A stretch of DNA of 64,000 nucleotides from Candidatus Poribacteria bacterium. Its GTDB lineage: Bacteria; Poribacteria; WGA-4E; JAJDTR01. The position numbers were made by a program, and so were the translations under genes. The stretch covers positions 1,824,001-1,888,000 of the forward strand of contig CBDCTK010000002.1 of NCBI GenBank assembly GCA_965222225.1. The letters are read 5' to 3'. This document shows, piece after piece, positions 41,601-50,238 of this stretch. Position 1 is the first letter of the stretch, and every line of letters starts with the position of its first letter. Under the pieces are notes generated by a model. That model did no database searches. It worked only from the letters and a program-made list of their open reading frames with translations, and was not told the origin of the DNA.

Positions 41601-42030
41601 AAGTTGGAGGCAATCGTGGAGGCAGGAAACTAGCAGTTCACTAGGAATCCGTGTAACGCTTCGCGAGCAGCAAAGAAGTGGTGGCTCCATCAGGAGTACT
41701 TCTCTGATAGTTACGCCTAACATTAATTTTGACTATAGTCTTAATGTAGAAAGAGGCGTTTGGATGCCGTTCTTTGGTAAGATTAAACTCAAACACGACC
41801 TTAAAATGAGCAACACGTTCTCGACCGTTGTTCGACGCGAACGCTTTGGCGCGAATCAAGAGGAAAAATCTGAGCGGTACGAGACAACTGTACGCGCAAA
41901 TTACGAGCTGAGCACCCGGTTGAGTGCGCAACTCAATCTTGGTTTGAGCTACAACAACGATCGTGTCGAGGAGGGCAAGGATTTCTTCTCGGTAGCAAGC
42001 TCCCTCTCGGTACGAGGCGAGTTTCAGTGA
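35611..42030 (+). CDS. SprA-like type IX secretion translocon (giant outer-membrane beta-barrel)
   Basis: Signal peptide; SprA-like motifs KIKVWYEG...ISFGDITLNLP...LFG...QLG, IPGSETVRLN..RL.RDVDY, IDSMEG, GEVWVNEI.L...GWA; amphipathic beta strands with near-terminal Phe. Confidence 0.8.
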   Translation: MYSIITRGYLYHTPLVILLILVLPCFSTHAKPVTKDPKLTQHYSELREDSAESPETEGEFVKDPSWETESADQHDEDDWWRSASEPEPPTPPPLDPFTPDAEDTSIPSRILAPYYESLQRWKDAPLMIEPRMLYDLKEDGSGIDEEKGLALPLQSNLQITGHKSVTIEGNVTHYFGESDANRYAGYSTYGGNRPGLDLGLTSSYGYDDFGSFGGGYGGGYGSEYGSGYGGGYGSGYGGSFSTFGRGGVARATGFNLRQTLRVGLHGRVGERTHVAVDYSDSDDSFGGGYGGYGGYGGGLGGAKQQKIKVWYEGKPDSILKTISFGDITLNLPNTRFLNINRNLFGLEAVAQLGGLKMTTFGSRSKGISDTRRFRGESTRAGYGRGVQIADANYVKDRFYSIHRGEDDVVHESYLPIKSGSEEIYIDDNVAGNNQGGQRTVRGYFNLQFPGQDYNINYETGEIEFLTPISPGYTIAVAYEYLGDGGGQVGNPGNVFVDENDDGSIDEEGEEIGYVILKDKGYRGTEARRVYNLGNRNINPRDYQITIWRQGVGEAFETDDGPVLYIEIFGLDQNGDGSIDPEFIDFDRGLLTFPATRPRPFVIDNPESPYYKYRDQLNNEAIYLENPRTADQIYTIVADYAYQSGTYNVGLFVIPGSETVRLNSRRLQRDVDYMMVYEVGSLTFFTQLDEFDVIEVEFERTPFGGSLQQTVAGVWLEYSYVPKQKPPEEQKQEDRFGRLGRGQDSFGERNRIGGGSSFGGGSGGYGSGFGGGYGGGFGGSSSYSSLGGRSRYGLTSGRSSYFNPVYKKGFSLSTGYILNTGSKPSTIPDVNNAPSRLQAFNINTSAGRNFNLAWFVNPLPFVSVEYFPLSIDFSGESAFSHNNPNSVSVALIDSMEGARDSSNIPTFKYNWRVASPPAVDGLTPDNRALFHVLLKDKDESKAVGNYMRNREVPASAINSLLQSTEQRLVMEVGYDFTDVVEEWGGFSYGISASGTDFSEREFLEIWLRVQGDDDVTLLLDLGILNEDTDYDGRLDSEDLPLDLEDLNGDDKIDTLDLDLENLPGSQKYSANGSLDTGEDEGWIYDGALQPTPFGSDNQVLDTEDLNGDGVLDTVDAYLEIPISLNDLPEEWVKKRNDNGWVFLSIPLRAANVYGSRLPNLGFVQHFRFWLLKNKPGKLRGKLEWASIEIVGNRWERGVVTQNGTIVTNTNEKFSVGTKDNFNFNDYQKAYEEIKDDNAFKKLHPYTDVTFGFGTRQQREQALVLDYNLLPNSFAVTSQRLRGVQQGEGQDFSKHNKLKFWVYGDKNRETLVLRLAPSVRTSYRSFYGSSDPFSDPRSQQEDDVDIFENLTNYYEFTQEIDFDGWKLIEIDLEDVQRNEYPDIVTPTEVLEEPSDSSQPATPQPDGHPDGFVVRGTNSAQLSIKNIGGILLGIRNDRGEEISGEVWVNEIHLSDPLVRSGWARRGNVSVSLGNLLSVRGGYASQDKDFENSAGETGRQRQQQRGFSTTNNDLNIDTDLNLFRWLPISYNFRENESETESRSGSFSSFQSGKSKTKNQDLSVRFHLPPYPSIGLAYNHQDFWNERQGTKVSDLYTGTFQYNLGSKLGLNLQYRHEDVDADTGTAAGVSSSSGYSGFGSSYGSGYGYGYSRNQDEKVDDGSISLNISPFSSFSLNPTYDVRRILEKRESSPEAPTSEPEFTIASREHRFSMTPRLNRDLLGMRPTINNRVSLRENWFSKQKDISINANIGLGVNIRPHVWFGWLLRKPEEEPEAKPEKLESVDKPEDELQTESPRNPSEADAFDDEVEMEERRRQRLDRMERMGVDTERIQDLEDERGDWISRDKAELERKLRERRGRKKDVGMGVWRKSLQSFAVNTNVSFDIQDSFRRLDAGQSVLGVLDFPDEDERRTQSRQGQRYTVRGSVDPWSWVSLGTNVSLTNNFAKTSSTTSRNKSKNYEGDVKFFNAKNSSSFQVRYGFTRRDRRNLATLISESSAHNPSISWRQSWRQETSSSLGIRVTLREQQRSGGSIRSTSLIVTPNINFDYSLNVERGVWMPFFGKIKLKHDLKMSNTFSTVVRRERFGANQEEKSERYETTVRANYELSTRLSAQLNLGLSYNNDRVEEGKDFFSVASSLSVRGEFQ

Positions 42031-42147
42031 AAGATTGGGGAAAACACATACAGACGCCGGGATATTCCGGCGGTTGGCATTTCGCAAATCATAACGGAAC
42101 ACAGATGCGTGTTCCATACCGATTGTATTTGCCGAAATCCCGGATGT

Positions 42148-43053
42148 TCAGGCGTAGCCCATATCCCTCAATTTTCGAACATCACGCCGCCAGTCTTCCT
42201 TTACATAGACTTGCAATTCCAGAAACACGGAAGCGTTGAGAAACTGTTCTATCTCCTCCCGAGCAAGTCTGCCTATCTGCTTAATCATATTTCCGCGATC
42301 GCCAATCAAGATTCGCTTTTGAGACAACCGTTCAGTGTAGATTATGGCGCGAATATAGATTTTACCATTCGAGCGATGCTTGAATTCCTCAACCATGACG
42401 CCCGACGCATAAGGAATCTCCTGTTGAGTCCTCAGGAAAACCTTCTCCCGCACCGTTTCGGCAACAAAAAAACGATCGGGCAAATCACTAATCTGATCAT
42501 CCGGAAAATAGAGCGGTCCAGTCGGCAAATGTGTAACAATCAGATCGCGAAGTCGTAAAACATCGCCTGAATTCTGGGCTGAAATTGGGACAATCTCAAC
42601 AAAGGGGAACTTGCCTCTGTATTGGGCAATAAGTGGCAGCAGCGCTGGCGCCTCAATCAGGTCTATCTTGTTGATGACCAAGAATACTTTTCTTGACTCG
42701 GATTCGCGTATGCGATTAAGGATCCGTGCTTCAAGAACCGGCGGTAGCTGGATGCCATCGACCATATATATAATCAAGTCCGCATCTTTAATCGCGCGGT
42801 AGGCAGCCTTAACCATCTCGTCGTGAAGCAGGTATTTCGGTGCAACTATGCCGGGAGTATCCAAAAAAATAAGCTGGTAGCCTTCAGTCGTGACGATTCC
42901 CATTATCCGATTGCGGGTCGTCTGCGGCTTAGGGGTTACAATTGCCAACTTCTCGCCCATCATCCCGTTCAGCAGGGTCGATTTGCCGACGTTCGGTTCA
43001 CCGATGATACTAACATAACCAGATTTGAAAGACTGCTGATTGGGTGCGTTCAT
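42148..43053 (-). CDS. era: GTPase Era
   Basis: GEPNVGKSTL, KPQTTR, DTPG, NKID, KH domain SQKRILIG. Confidence 0.97.
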   Translation of the reverse strand: MNAPNQQSFKSGYVSIIGEPNVGKSTLLNGMMGEKLAIVTPKPQTTRNRIMGIVTTEGYQLIFLDTPGIVAPKYLLHDEMVKAAYRAIKDADLIIYMVDGIQLPPVLEARILNRIRESESRKVFLVINKIDLIEAPALLPLIAQYRGKFPFVEIVPISAQNSGDVLRLRDLIVTHLPTGPLYFPDDQISDLPDRFFVAETVREKVFLRTQQEIPYASGVMVEEFKHRSNGKIYIRAIIYTERLSQKRILIGDRGNMIKQIGRLAREEIEQFLNASVFLELQVYVKEDWRRDVRKLRDMGYA

Positions 43054-44132
43054 TTTCCGGTACCATCCACTGTTGACGAGAATTCGCGATGTGAAGTAAG
43101 CGGGTTAAGACGCGAACCGCTCCATCCACCCGGCGCGGACGGGCTTACGAGTCCAGGGCGCCGTAAACCCGACAAGGCTTGCACGTCATAAATTTCCTGA
43201 CAGACACTCTCATATCTCAGATTGCCAATCGTAGTCCCGCTTGACAGATTGATTACGACGATGCCACAAAACGGTGACTCCCTTGCGATTGGTATATCAC
43301 TAAAAGTCGGGCTCTTGCGGCGCAATTGCGACAGCCCAACAAACAGATAGTCGCCATAGCGCGCCATACCGCGCACAAAACCGGGCAAGCGCGTCACCAC
43401 CTCATAACCGCCTCGCCCCGTGTCCACGTGAGCGAGTTCCCCCTTTGCCGACAGCAACACATAGAGTTCATCATCGTACACCCTAGGAGCGTGCGGCATC
43501 GGTAATCCTCCAAGTACAACTTCGTTGCTTGGGACGTGTATGACAACCCCGTCGGAAGTTTTGCCAGGCCGCCACCCTTCAAAATTATTCGTTTCACCAA
43601 GTGCCGTGACATACTCGGGGTGACCCTCAACCATTGCGACGCCGTTGAGGTGACACCGATCCTCTGGTGCAAGTTCGCTGATGAATTGTGGTCGCCACTG
43701 GGGATTGAAGTTGTTCCGGTCGTCCTTCAGGGAAAGGCATGAAAACAGTGTGTTGACTTGCCATAGCCCCGCCAGCCCCCACACTAGGTCATGGATTTTT
43801 AGTTCGCCACAGTAATACGCCGCTTGTGGTACGTATTGCCCATCGGAGGTGTTCGAACGACGTGGATAACTGCTAGCCAATGCGCGGACGTAGGAGAGCA
43901 TAACCACTTCGTCTTTCGTTGCGACAGCAAGATAATCATCCTTGGCAGCCAGCCCCATAGGCGAGTCAAAATCTTGTGACACCTGAACGAGATTTTCGGA
44001 GTCTCCTGCGCTAATGTAGATAATCTTGTTCGCTTGGTAGATACTAATTACAAGCGTACACTGGAGTTTCCAGAGTAGCTCGGAGAATTCCGTGGAATGA
44101 GTGCATAAAACAGGGGTTAGTGGTTGACTCAT
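43050..44132 (-). CDS. TIGR03032 (DUF4915) family beta-propeller protein
   Basis: WRPQFISELAPEDRCHLNG, MPHAPR, PGFVRG, EIYDV motifs; stop overlaps the era start. Confidence 0.85.
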   Translation of the reverse strand: MSQPLTPVLCTHSTEFSELLWKLQCTLVISIYQANKIIYISAGDSENLVQVSQDFDSPMGLAAKDDYLAVATKDEVVMLSYVRALASSYPRRSNTSDGQYVPQAAYYCGELKIHDLVWGLAGLWQVNTLFSCLSLKDDRNNFNPQWRPQFISELAPEDRCHLNGVAMVEGHPEYVTALGETNNFEGWRPGKTSDGVVIHVPSNEVVLGGLPMPHAPRVYDDELYVLLSAKGELAHVDTGRGGYEVVTRLPGFVRGMARYGDYLFVGLSQLRRKSPTFSDIPIARESPFCGIVVINLSSGTTIGNLRYESVCQEIYDVQALSGLRRPGLVSPSAPGGWSGSRLNPLTSHREFSSTVDGTGK

Positions 44133-44350
44133 ATCTGATTTTGATGGGCCGAGACGATAGATATTATGTCGTATACGCTTCGGAACACAGATTCGCGTTC
44201 CTTACAGAGTGCTTCTCCGGTCTCTTCTTCCAGTAACACAGATCCCAAACTCAAGAAAGAACCGAGTTTCACCGTATCAAACACAACTATTCCGCGCTTT
44301 CGCCAATCCTCCAACTTTCCAATCTTCCTGTCTTCCATTTCCGATTTACG

Positions 44351-45308
44351 TTAAAATCCTAGCTGTTTATCAACCTGATTCCGCAGTGGCAGATCGCCTC
44401 GACAGAATCGATCGAGGTTCTCGCTAAAAATCTCAAGAACATACTGTCCCTCGTGCTGTGTGCCGCCGGAGATATGCGAGGTAATCAGCAAATTCTCAAA
44501 TCCCAGAGTTCGCTATCCTCTGGCAACGGCTCGGGATCGAACACATCAAGAGCCGCCGATGCCAGTTGTCCACTTAGCAGCGCATCAGCCAATGCGCCTT
44601 GGTCGATGATACCGCCCCGAGACATTCCAACGAGCATCGCAGTACGCTTAATCAAGGCGATCTGTTCGGCGCCAATCATGCCGGTTGTCTGTGGAGTGCG
44701 CGGCACGGTCACTATAACGTAGTCTGACTCCCGCAACAGGTCGCTAAGTTTATCGAATCCGTGCAATTCGTGGACAAAATCGGGTTTGTTTGACGGATAA
44801 AGATCCGCCGCTATAATCCGTGCATCAAAGCCCTGCGCGCGCTTCGCCATCTGGCGCCCCAGAATTCCAAGCCCGATGATTCCCACTGTGCTTCGGGCAA
44901 GTTCAACCGCTTTGGATCGAAGACTTTGATCCACTGTCTCCGCTGTTGCTTGAAAATCGAGTCACGAATACAACGCGTAAAAGCCAGTATCATACCGATG
45001 GCGCTATCGGCGACAGCGCCCGCATGAGTGCCACTCGCGCTTGTTAACAACACATCACTGTCTACCAATTCCGGTATAGCGACGAAATAGTCCACCCCAG
45101 AGCTTGTTGACTGAATCCATTTTAGCTTCTTTGCCCGCAAATATAGATTGCGATTCAAACCACCGACGAAAACGTCGGCATCCACAATTGAATCCGGTAT
45201 CTCTTCTCGACTGTTACAATAGTCGAAGTCAAACTCCGGATATTTATTCTTGAGGCAGGGGATTCCATCTCTCACTGCTAGGTGAGTCGGGGCAAACACA
45301 ATTTTCAT
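44351..45308 (-). pseudogene. D-2-hydroxyacid dehydrogenase with two frameshifts
   Basis: LKWIQSTSSGVD; shift near 44935; GIIGLGILG, SRGG, LDVFDPEPL; shift near 44495; LITSHISG...NQVDKQLGF, stop 44351-44353. Confidence 0.88.
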
Positions 45309-45403
45309 CAAATACTCTCCTCGAATTGGTCTTCGCTTGATCACTACGATTCTATAACCTACATTGATTGTCTTTATTCTGAAACAACCGCCGTACCGCT
45401 ATC

Positions 45404-46237
45404 TCACCCCTTTTTCGCCTCCAATTCCAGGCGCCCTTTCAGGTTGTCAATGAACTGGCGGGCAACGCGGCCCGAACGTCCGCTGGATGACGCCTCCCAC
45501 TCCAGCGCTGCACGACGCAACTCCTCTGCCGGGATCGATATGTCATATTTCTGGGCGTAGTGTGAGACCATCTGTAAATATGTGGCTTGGGGAATCCGAT
45601 AAAACGCGAGACGCAGTCCGAATCGATCGCTTAGGGAAACCTTCTCTTCCGTGGCTTCACGAGGGTACAATTCGTCTTCATCAGCGTCGGGAAACTGGTT
45701 TTCCTTAACCTGACGCGGCATGAGGTGCCGCCGATTTGATGTGGCGTAAATGAGGACGTTCTCCGGACGCGCCGCAATGCCGCCTTCCAACATGGCTTTC
45801 AACTCTCGATACTCGGGTTCCCCTTCGCTGAAGGCGAGGTCGTCGCAAAAAAGAATGTACCGTTCCGGGCGCGACCATAGCAGGTCCGCAATTTCTTGAA
45901 GGTGTAGCAAACCGTCTCTGTTTACCTCAACCAACCGTAGTCCTTGACTTTCGTATTGTCGAAGCATGCCTTTGATGAGCGAGGATTTGCCGGTTCCGCG
46001 GTCACCCCAAAGCAGAACGTGGTTGGCAGGCAAACCGCGTAGAAACTGGAGGGTATTTCGATTGACCTCCTCAATTTGACGTGTAATGCCGATAAGATCG
46101 CCAATCTCTACGAGATCAGGATGCTTAATCGGAAGCAAATCTCCCGAACCGTTCTGACTACGCCATCGAAAGGCATTGTACTCGTCAAGCAGATCGTCTG
46201 CCGACGCAATTGGCAGACGTGATGTCGTCGCGTTCAA
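45404..46237 (-). CDS. DUF815 AAA+ ATP-binding protein
   Basis: WGDRGTGKSS, FCDDLAF, YATSNRRHL, EEKVSLSDRFG motifs. The frame stays open about 30 codons upstream, so the start is uncertain. Confidence 0.9.
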   Translation of the reverse strand: MNATTSRLPIASADDLLDEYNAFRWRSQNGSGDLLPIKHPDLVEIGDLIGITRQIEEVNRNTLQFLRGLPANHVLLWGDRGTGKSSLIKGMLRQYESQGLRLVEVNRDGLLHLQEIADLLWSRPERYILFCDDLAFSEGEPEYRELKAMLEGGIAARPENVLIYATSNRRHLMPRQVKENQFPDADEDELYPREATEEKVSLSDRFGLRLAFYRIPQATYLQMVSHYAQKYDISIPAEELRRAALEWEASSSGRSGRVARQFIDNLKGRLELEAKKG

Positions 46238-46453
46238 TAACGCCTCGGCTTTGTCGAGAAGCCGCTCAAGGCGGCAAATAATTACTCTCCAATCGGAGGT
46301 TGTCTCGTCGATTTCTCCATCTCCTTTGTGAATTACGCCCTTTGATTGAATTGCAAACGTCCTCTAACCCAATCGAAAACCCGTCGGATAGGGACTGGAT
46401 TTGCCACGACAATCCGAGAATTTACCACTAACCACTACTATATAATTACCATC

Positions 46454-47203
46454 TCAAGGAAATAGAATCCGTCCGCCGCTTGCGATTACGGTGGATCCCG
46501 TCATAAAACTAGATTCCTCGCTCAATAGAAATGCGATTATGTTCGCTATCTCATCCGGTTCGCCCACGCGGCCAAGGGGCGTGGTTGATTGCATATGTTC
46601 CAGCATCTCCCTTGAAAGCTCGCCCAGCATATCTGTGCTAGTCGCGCCGGGGGCAACGCAGTTGATGCGGATATTATGTTCGGCAAAAGGCTCACAGCAC
46701 GATTTCGTTAGCGAGATGACCCCCGCCTTTGAGGCACCGTAAGCCAGTTGATGCGGGCGGACCGCTAACCCAGCGATTGAAGCCAAATTGACGATGCGCC
46801 CGAACCGCCGTTCCATCATGTGATCTTTCACCGCCCAAATTACGTTGAATGAGCCCGTTAGGTTGACGGCAATGATGCGGTCCCACTGTTCGGGAGTCAA
46901 CTCGTCAAACCCTTGATTGCCCACAATTCCCGCATTATTGACCAACAAATCAATGCGGCCAAGTTCATCTATCGCCTTCGCGGCCATCGCATTGACTGCT
47001 TCTCGATCGGTCACCTCAGCCGCCACGGTGATACATCGCCGCCCCATGGCACGAATCTGCTCACACACCTCCTCTGCTTTACCCGCAGATTGAACGTAAT
47101 GAACGGCTAAATCCGCGCCTTCATTTGCGAGTTTGATTGCTGTCGCTTTACCAATTCCTCGACTAGCCCCCGTTACCAACGCCGCCTTGCCCTCAAATCT
47201 CAT
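46454..47203 (-). CDS. SDR family oxidoreductase (FabG-like)
   Basis: TGASRGIG, NNAG, YGASK motifs. Confidence 0.95.
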   Translation of the reverse strand: MRFEGKAALVTGASRGIGKATAIKLANEGADLAVHYVQSAGKAEEVCEQIRAMGRRCITVAAEVTDREAVNAMAAKAIDELGRIDLLVNNAGIVGNQGFDELTPEQWDRIIAVNLTGSFNVIWAVKDHMMERRFGRIVNLASIAGLAVRPHQLAYGASKAGVISLTKSCCEPFAEHNIRINCVAPGATSTDMLGELSREMLEHMQSTTPLGRVGEPDEIANIIAFLLSEESSFMTGSTVIASGGRILFP

Positions 47204-47433
47204 TGATTCGCCCCCGTTCTTAACATGAAAAGTCAGGTGAAGCGCCTCTCACGTTTGGAATGTGTTTTGATTCTTCGGTTATTCCCGTCAATCCGTGAAA
47301 CGACATTCTAACACATTCGCGAAAATCATTCAAAGCCTGAAATCTCACATTCACGTATTTCTTTTGATTCACGCTCTCAACCTGTGATACAATGCCATTG
47401 ATTCAAACCGAGAAAGGAGTGAAAAATTTTAAC

Positions 47434-48276
47434 ATGCTTCTTGGAGCCCATGTATCTACCGCTGGTGGTTTATATAAATCAATTGAAAACGGAGAAAAAT
47501 TGGAATGTGAGGCAATACAAATTTTCGTGAAGAACCCCAACCGCTGGGTCGGCAAAGAGCCAACCGAAGACGACACCAATCGGTTCAAAGCGTCCTGGCA
47601 AGCGTCCGCAATCCAATCCGTCCTCATCCACGACATCCATCTCACCAACCTCACTTCTCCCAAACCTGATGTGCTTGAGAGTTCTCGAGAACAGGTTCGC
47701 TCACAGTTGCAACTGGCAGATGTCCTTGGAATTCCCTATTTCGTAACCCACATGGGCGCGCATCTTAACGCCGGTGAAGATGAAGGCTTGAGGTTGTTGA
47801 GCGAGAGTCTCAACCTACTCTTCGAGCAGACAGCGGACGGCGAGGTGATGGTGCTGCTAGAGACTACTGCCGGACAAGGATCGAATCTGGGTTACACCTT
47901 TGAGCATCTACGCCAGACTATCGACAGTTCGAAATGTCCGGAAAGGCTCGGCGTCTGCCTTGATACCTGCCATGTCTTCGTCGCAGGCTACGATATCCGA
48001 ACCGAGGAAATGTATCACGAGACCTTCGATGAATTCGATCGGGTAATTGGTCTTGACCGGCTACGTGCGTTTCACCTCAACGATGCAAAAGCGAAATATT
48101 GCAGTCGTGTTGACCGCCATGAACACATCGGCGAAGGGAATCTCGGCGAGCTTCCTTTCAAACTGCTTCTGAACGATGCACGGTTTGCGGATGTCCCGAT
48201 GGTCATTGAGACGCCAAAGATGGAAGAGATGCACGCGACGAACCTCGCCGTGTTGAGGAACCTAATCGCGACGTGA
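47434..48276 (+). CDS. nfo: Endonuclease IV
   Basis: GAHVSTAGG, LETTAGQG, CLDTCH, HLND, DRHEHIG, IETP motifs. Confidence 0.95.
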   Translation: MLLGAHVSTAGGLYKSIENGEKLECEAIQIFVKNPNRWVGKEPTEDDTNRFKASWQASAIQSVLIHDIHLTNLTSPKPDVLESSREQVRSQLQLADVLGIPYFVTHMGAHLNAGEDEGLRLLSESLNLLFEQTADGEVMVLLETTAGQGSNLGYTFEHLRQTIDSSKCPERLGVCLDTCHVFVAGYDIRTEEMYHETFDEFDRVIGLDRLRAFHLNDAKAKYCSRVDRHEHIGEGNLGELPFKLLLNDARFADVPMVIETPKMEEMHATNLAVLRNLIAT

Positions 48277-48582
48277 GATTGTGCGGGGTGGTAGATTCTT
48301 AGGATGGTCGTAGGCGGGGAGGATTTTTCGCACCAACCGGGTGAGTTTTGAACACAACTCAAAGACTACATTGACATCCGGTAATCCGCTGATGAATGTC
48401 TAGCAGCGGCTTCCTTTTCTTCGGTATTAGGACTTCCGCAGTTCGGTTTGTGCTAACGATTCTCGTTTTGAAGTTTGCAGATCTTAATACGAACCCGTAG
48501 GTGTTGAACTGCGTAAGTCCTAATTTTGGTTTAGATAAGGGGCACGGCTCTAGGTTTATTGTCCAAGCTTTCAGGCTATCCA

Positions 48583-50091
48583 ATGTTTCTGATACTATTC
48601 CGCCGAGAATTGCTCGCAAATCTGATGACACTTCGATTTTTTGTCGCTGTCGTCACCTGCCTGATACTAGTCATTGCCAGTACCATCGCACTTCTTCAAG
48701 ATTACAAACACCGCCTAGCTGTCTACAACACCGCCGTGAAAACACATCGCGAGGATGTGACCGATGCCAAGACCTATTCGCAACTGCGGCTGTATGTGGA
48801 TCGCCCCCCGAACCCGCTCAGCATCTTTAACCAAGGGCTTGACAAACGACTTGGCAATACCGTCCATGTTCATCACCAATTTGTGCCTACTCTACTGGAC
48901 GCTCAACAACATGGTGTGGACAACCCCTTCCTCAATCTCTTCTCCGGCATGGATTTGGTTTTTATCTTCCAAGTTGTCCTGAGCCTAATGGCATTACTGT
49001 TCGCTTACGATGCGATCGCTGGCGAACGCGAAGCGCATACGCTTCGTTTAATGGCGACCAATCCGGTGCCTCGAAGTCTCATTCTTCTGGCGAAGTATGC
49101 GAGTGCGATGGTATGTCTCGTCTTATCGTTGACAATCAGTATCCTCATGGCGCTGTTTCTGTTAACGACTTCGGGATCAGTTGCCTTCTCAGGCGAGGAC
49201 TTTCTTCGGATACTTGGAATTCTGCTGACATCCATGATTTACCTCTCCACGTTTTATCTGATTGGACTGCTCATTTCGACTGTTTCGCGCCGTACCGCGA
49301 CAGCTTTGGTGTTCGTCATGTTTGTGTGGGTTATGCTAGTGCTGGTTTATCCAAGTCTATCTGTTGCAACCCTCGATCGATTAATAAGCACCGAGGAAAA
49401 GCTAAAAACAGCTCTGTCCGAGATAGAACAGTTCTGGGATCGGTATGATGCTGATGAGAGAGCTTCGGTCAAAAAGAACTCCGTACGTGCTTATAGCTAT
49501 CCTGCGCGCATTGGTCACGGCGACCATCTCAAATATTCCGGGGGTTACAACAATCAAACCCTGCTTCATCATAGATTTTGGTGGACATATGATTATGAAA
49601 AAATTGACGAAGATAAAGAAGAGTTGGTCCCGAATGTGAAATCCCATTGTCAGTTCATGGAATCATCCCGAATTCGCGCCGCGGAAAAGACATGGCTGGT
49701 TCGAAGAAAAGCGCTCGATCAGACCTACGGCCGCAAAGCGAATGCTGTGCAAATGGCGATCCGTTTTTCGCCGGCGGCAACTTATGATTTGGCAACAGAG
49801 GCTTTAGCAGGCACAAATCTCCAAGGGATTGAGCGTTTCGCGGAGTCGAGCCGGCAGTATCGGCGCACTCTGATTGAATATCTGCGGGAAAAGAAAGCCT
49901 TTTCCTCCAGGCAATGGTTTTCTCATGACAAAGGCAGCGTACGTTGGGACGACTTACCGCAGTTTTCCTATCAGCGGGCAGATTTGGGGAGTGATATTAT
50001 TGATGTTGTTCCAGATCTGATTCTGTTGCTGTTGATTAACTTGGTGATATTTTTGGCAGTCTTTTTGTCCTTCCGCAGACAGGACTTATAG
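48583..50091 (+). CDS. ABC-2 type transporter permease subunit
   Basis: AYDAIAGERE..TLRL...PVPR...LAKY motif; six TM pattern. Confidence 0.88.
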   Translation: MFLILFRRELLANLMTLRFFVAVVTCLILVIASTIALLQDYKHRLAVYNTAVKTHREDVTDAKTYSQLRLYVDRPPNPLSIFNQGLDKRLGNTVHVHHQFVPTLLDAQQHGVDNPFLNLFSGMDLVFIFQVVLSLMALLFAYDAIAGEREAHTLRLMATNPVPRSLILLAKYASAMVCLVLSLTISILMALFLLTTSGSVAFSGEDFLRILGILLTSMIYLSTFYLIGLLISTVSRRTATALVFVMFVWVMLVLVYPSLSVATLDRLISTEEKLKTALSEIEQFWDRYDADERASVKKNSVRAYSYPARIGHGDHLKYSGGYNNQTLLHHRFWWTYDYEKIDEDKEELVPNVKSHCQFMESSRIRAAEKTWLVRRKALDQTYGRKANAVQMAIRFSPAATYDLATEALAGTNLQGIERFAESSRQYRRTLIEYLREKKAFSSRQWFSHDKGSVRWDDLPQFSYQRADLGSDIIDVVPDLILLLLINLVIFLAVFLSFRRQDL

Positions 50092-50185
50092 GATCAAGCG
50101 AGTGAATAGCGAGCGAACAACCGACCGGATAGGGAGGACGATAGACAATCCCGTGCGATAGAGTTCCTACTGCGATAAAGATTCC
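50091..50185 (-). repeat. Nested cluster of the 38-nt micro-element between the two permease genes
   Basis: Reverse complement GGAATCTTTATCGCAGTA|GGAACTCTATCGCAC|GGGATTGTCTATCGTCCTCCCTATCCGGTCGGTTGTTC|GCTCGCTATTCACTCGCTTGATCC. Confidence 0.85.
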
Positions 50186-50238
50186 ATTACGCAAGAGGAC
50201 ATGCAATCTCCAACGAATCCCACATTGGTGAGTATTCT

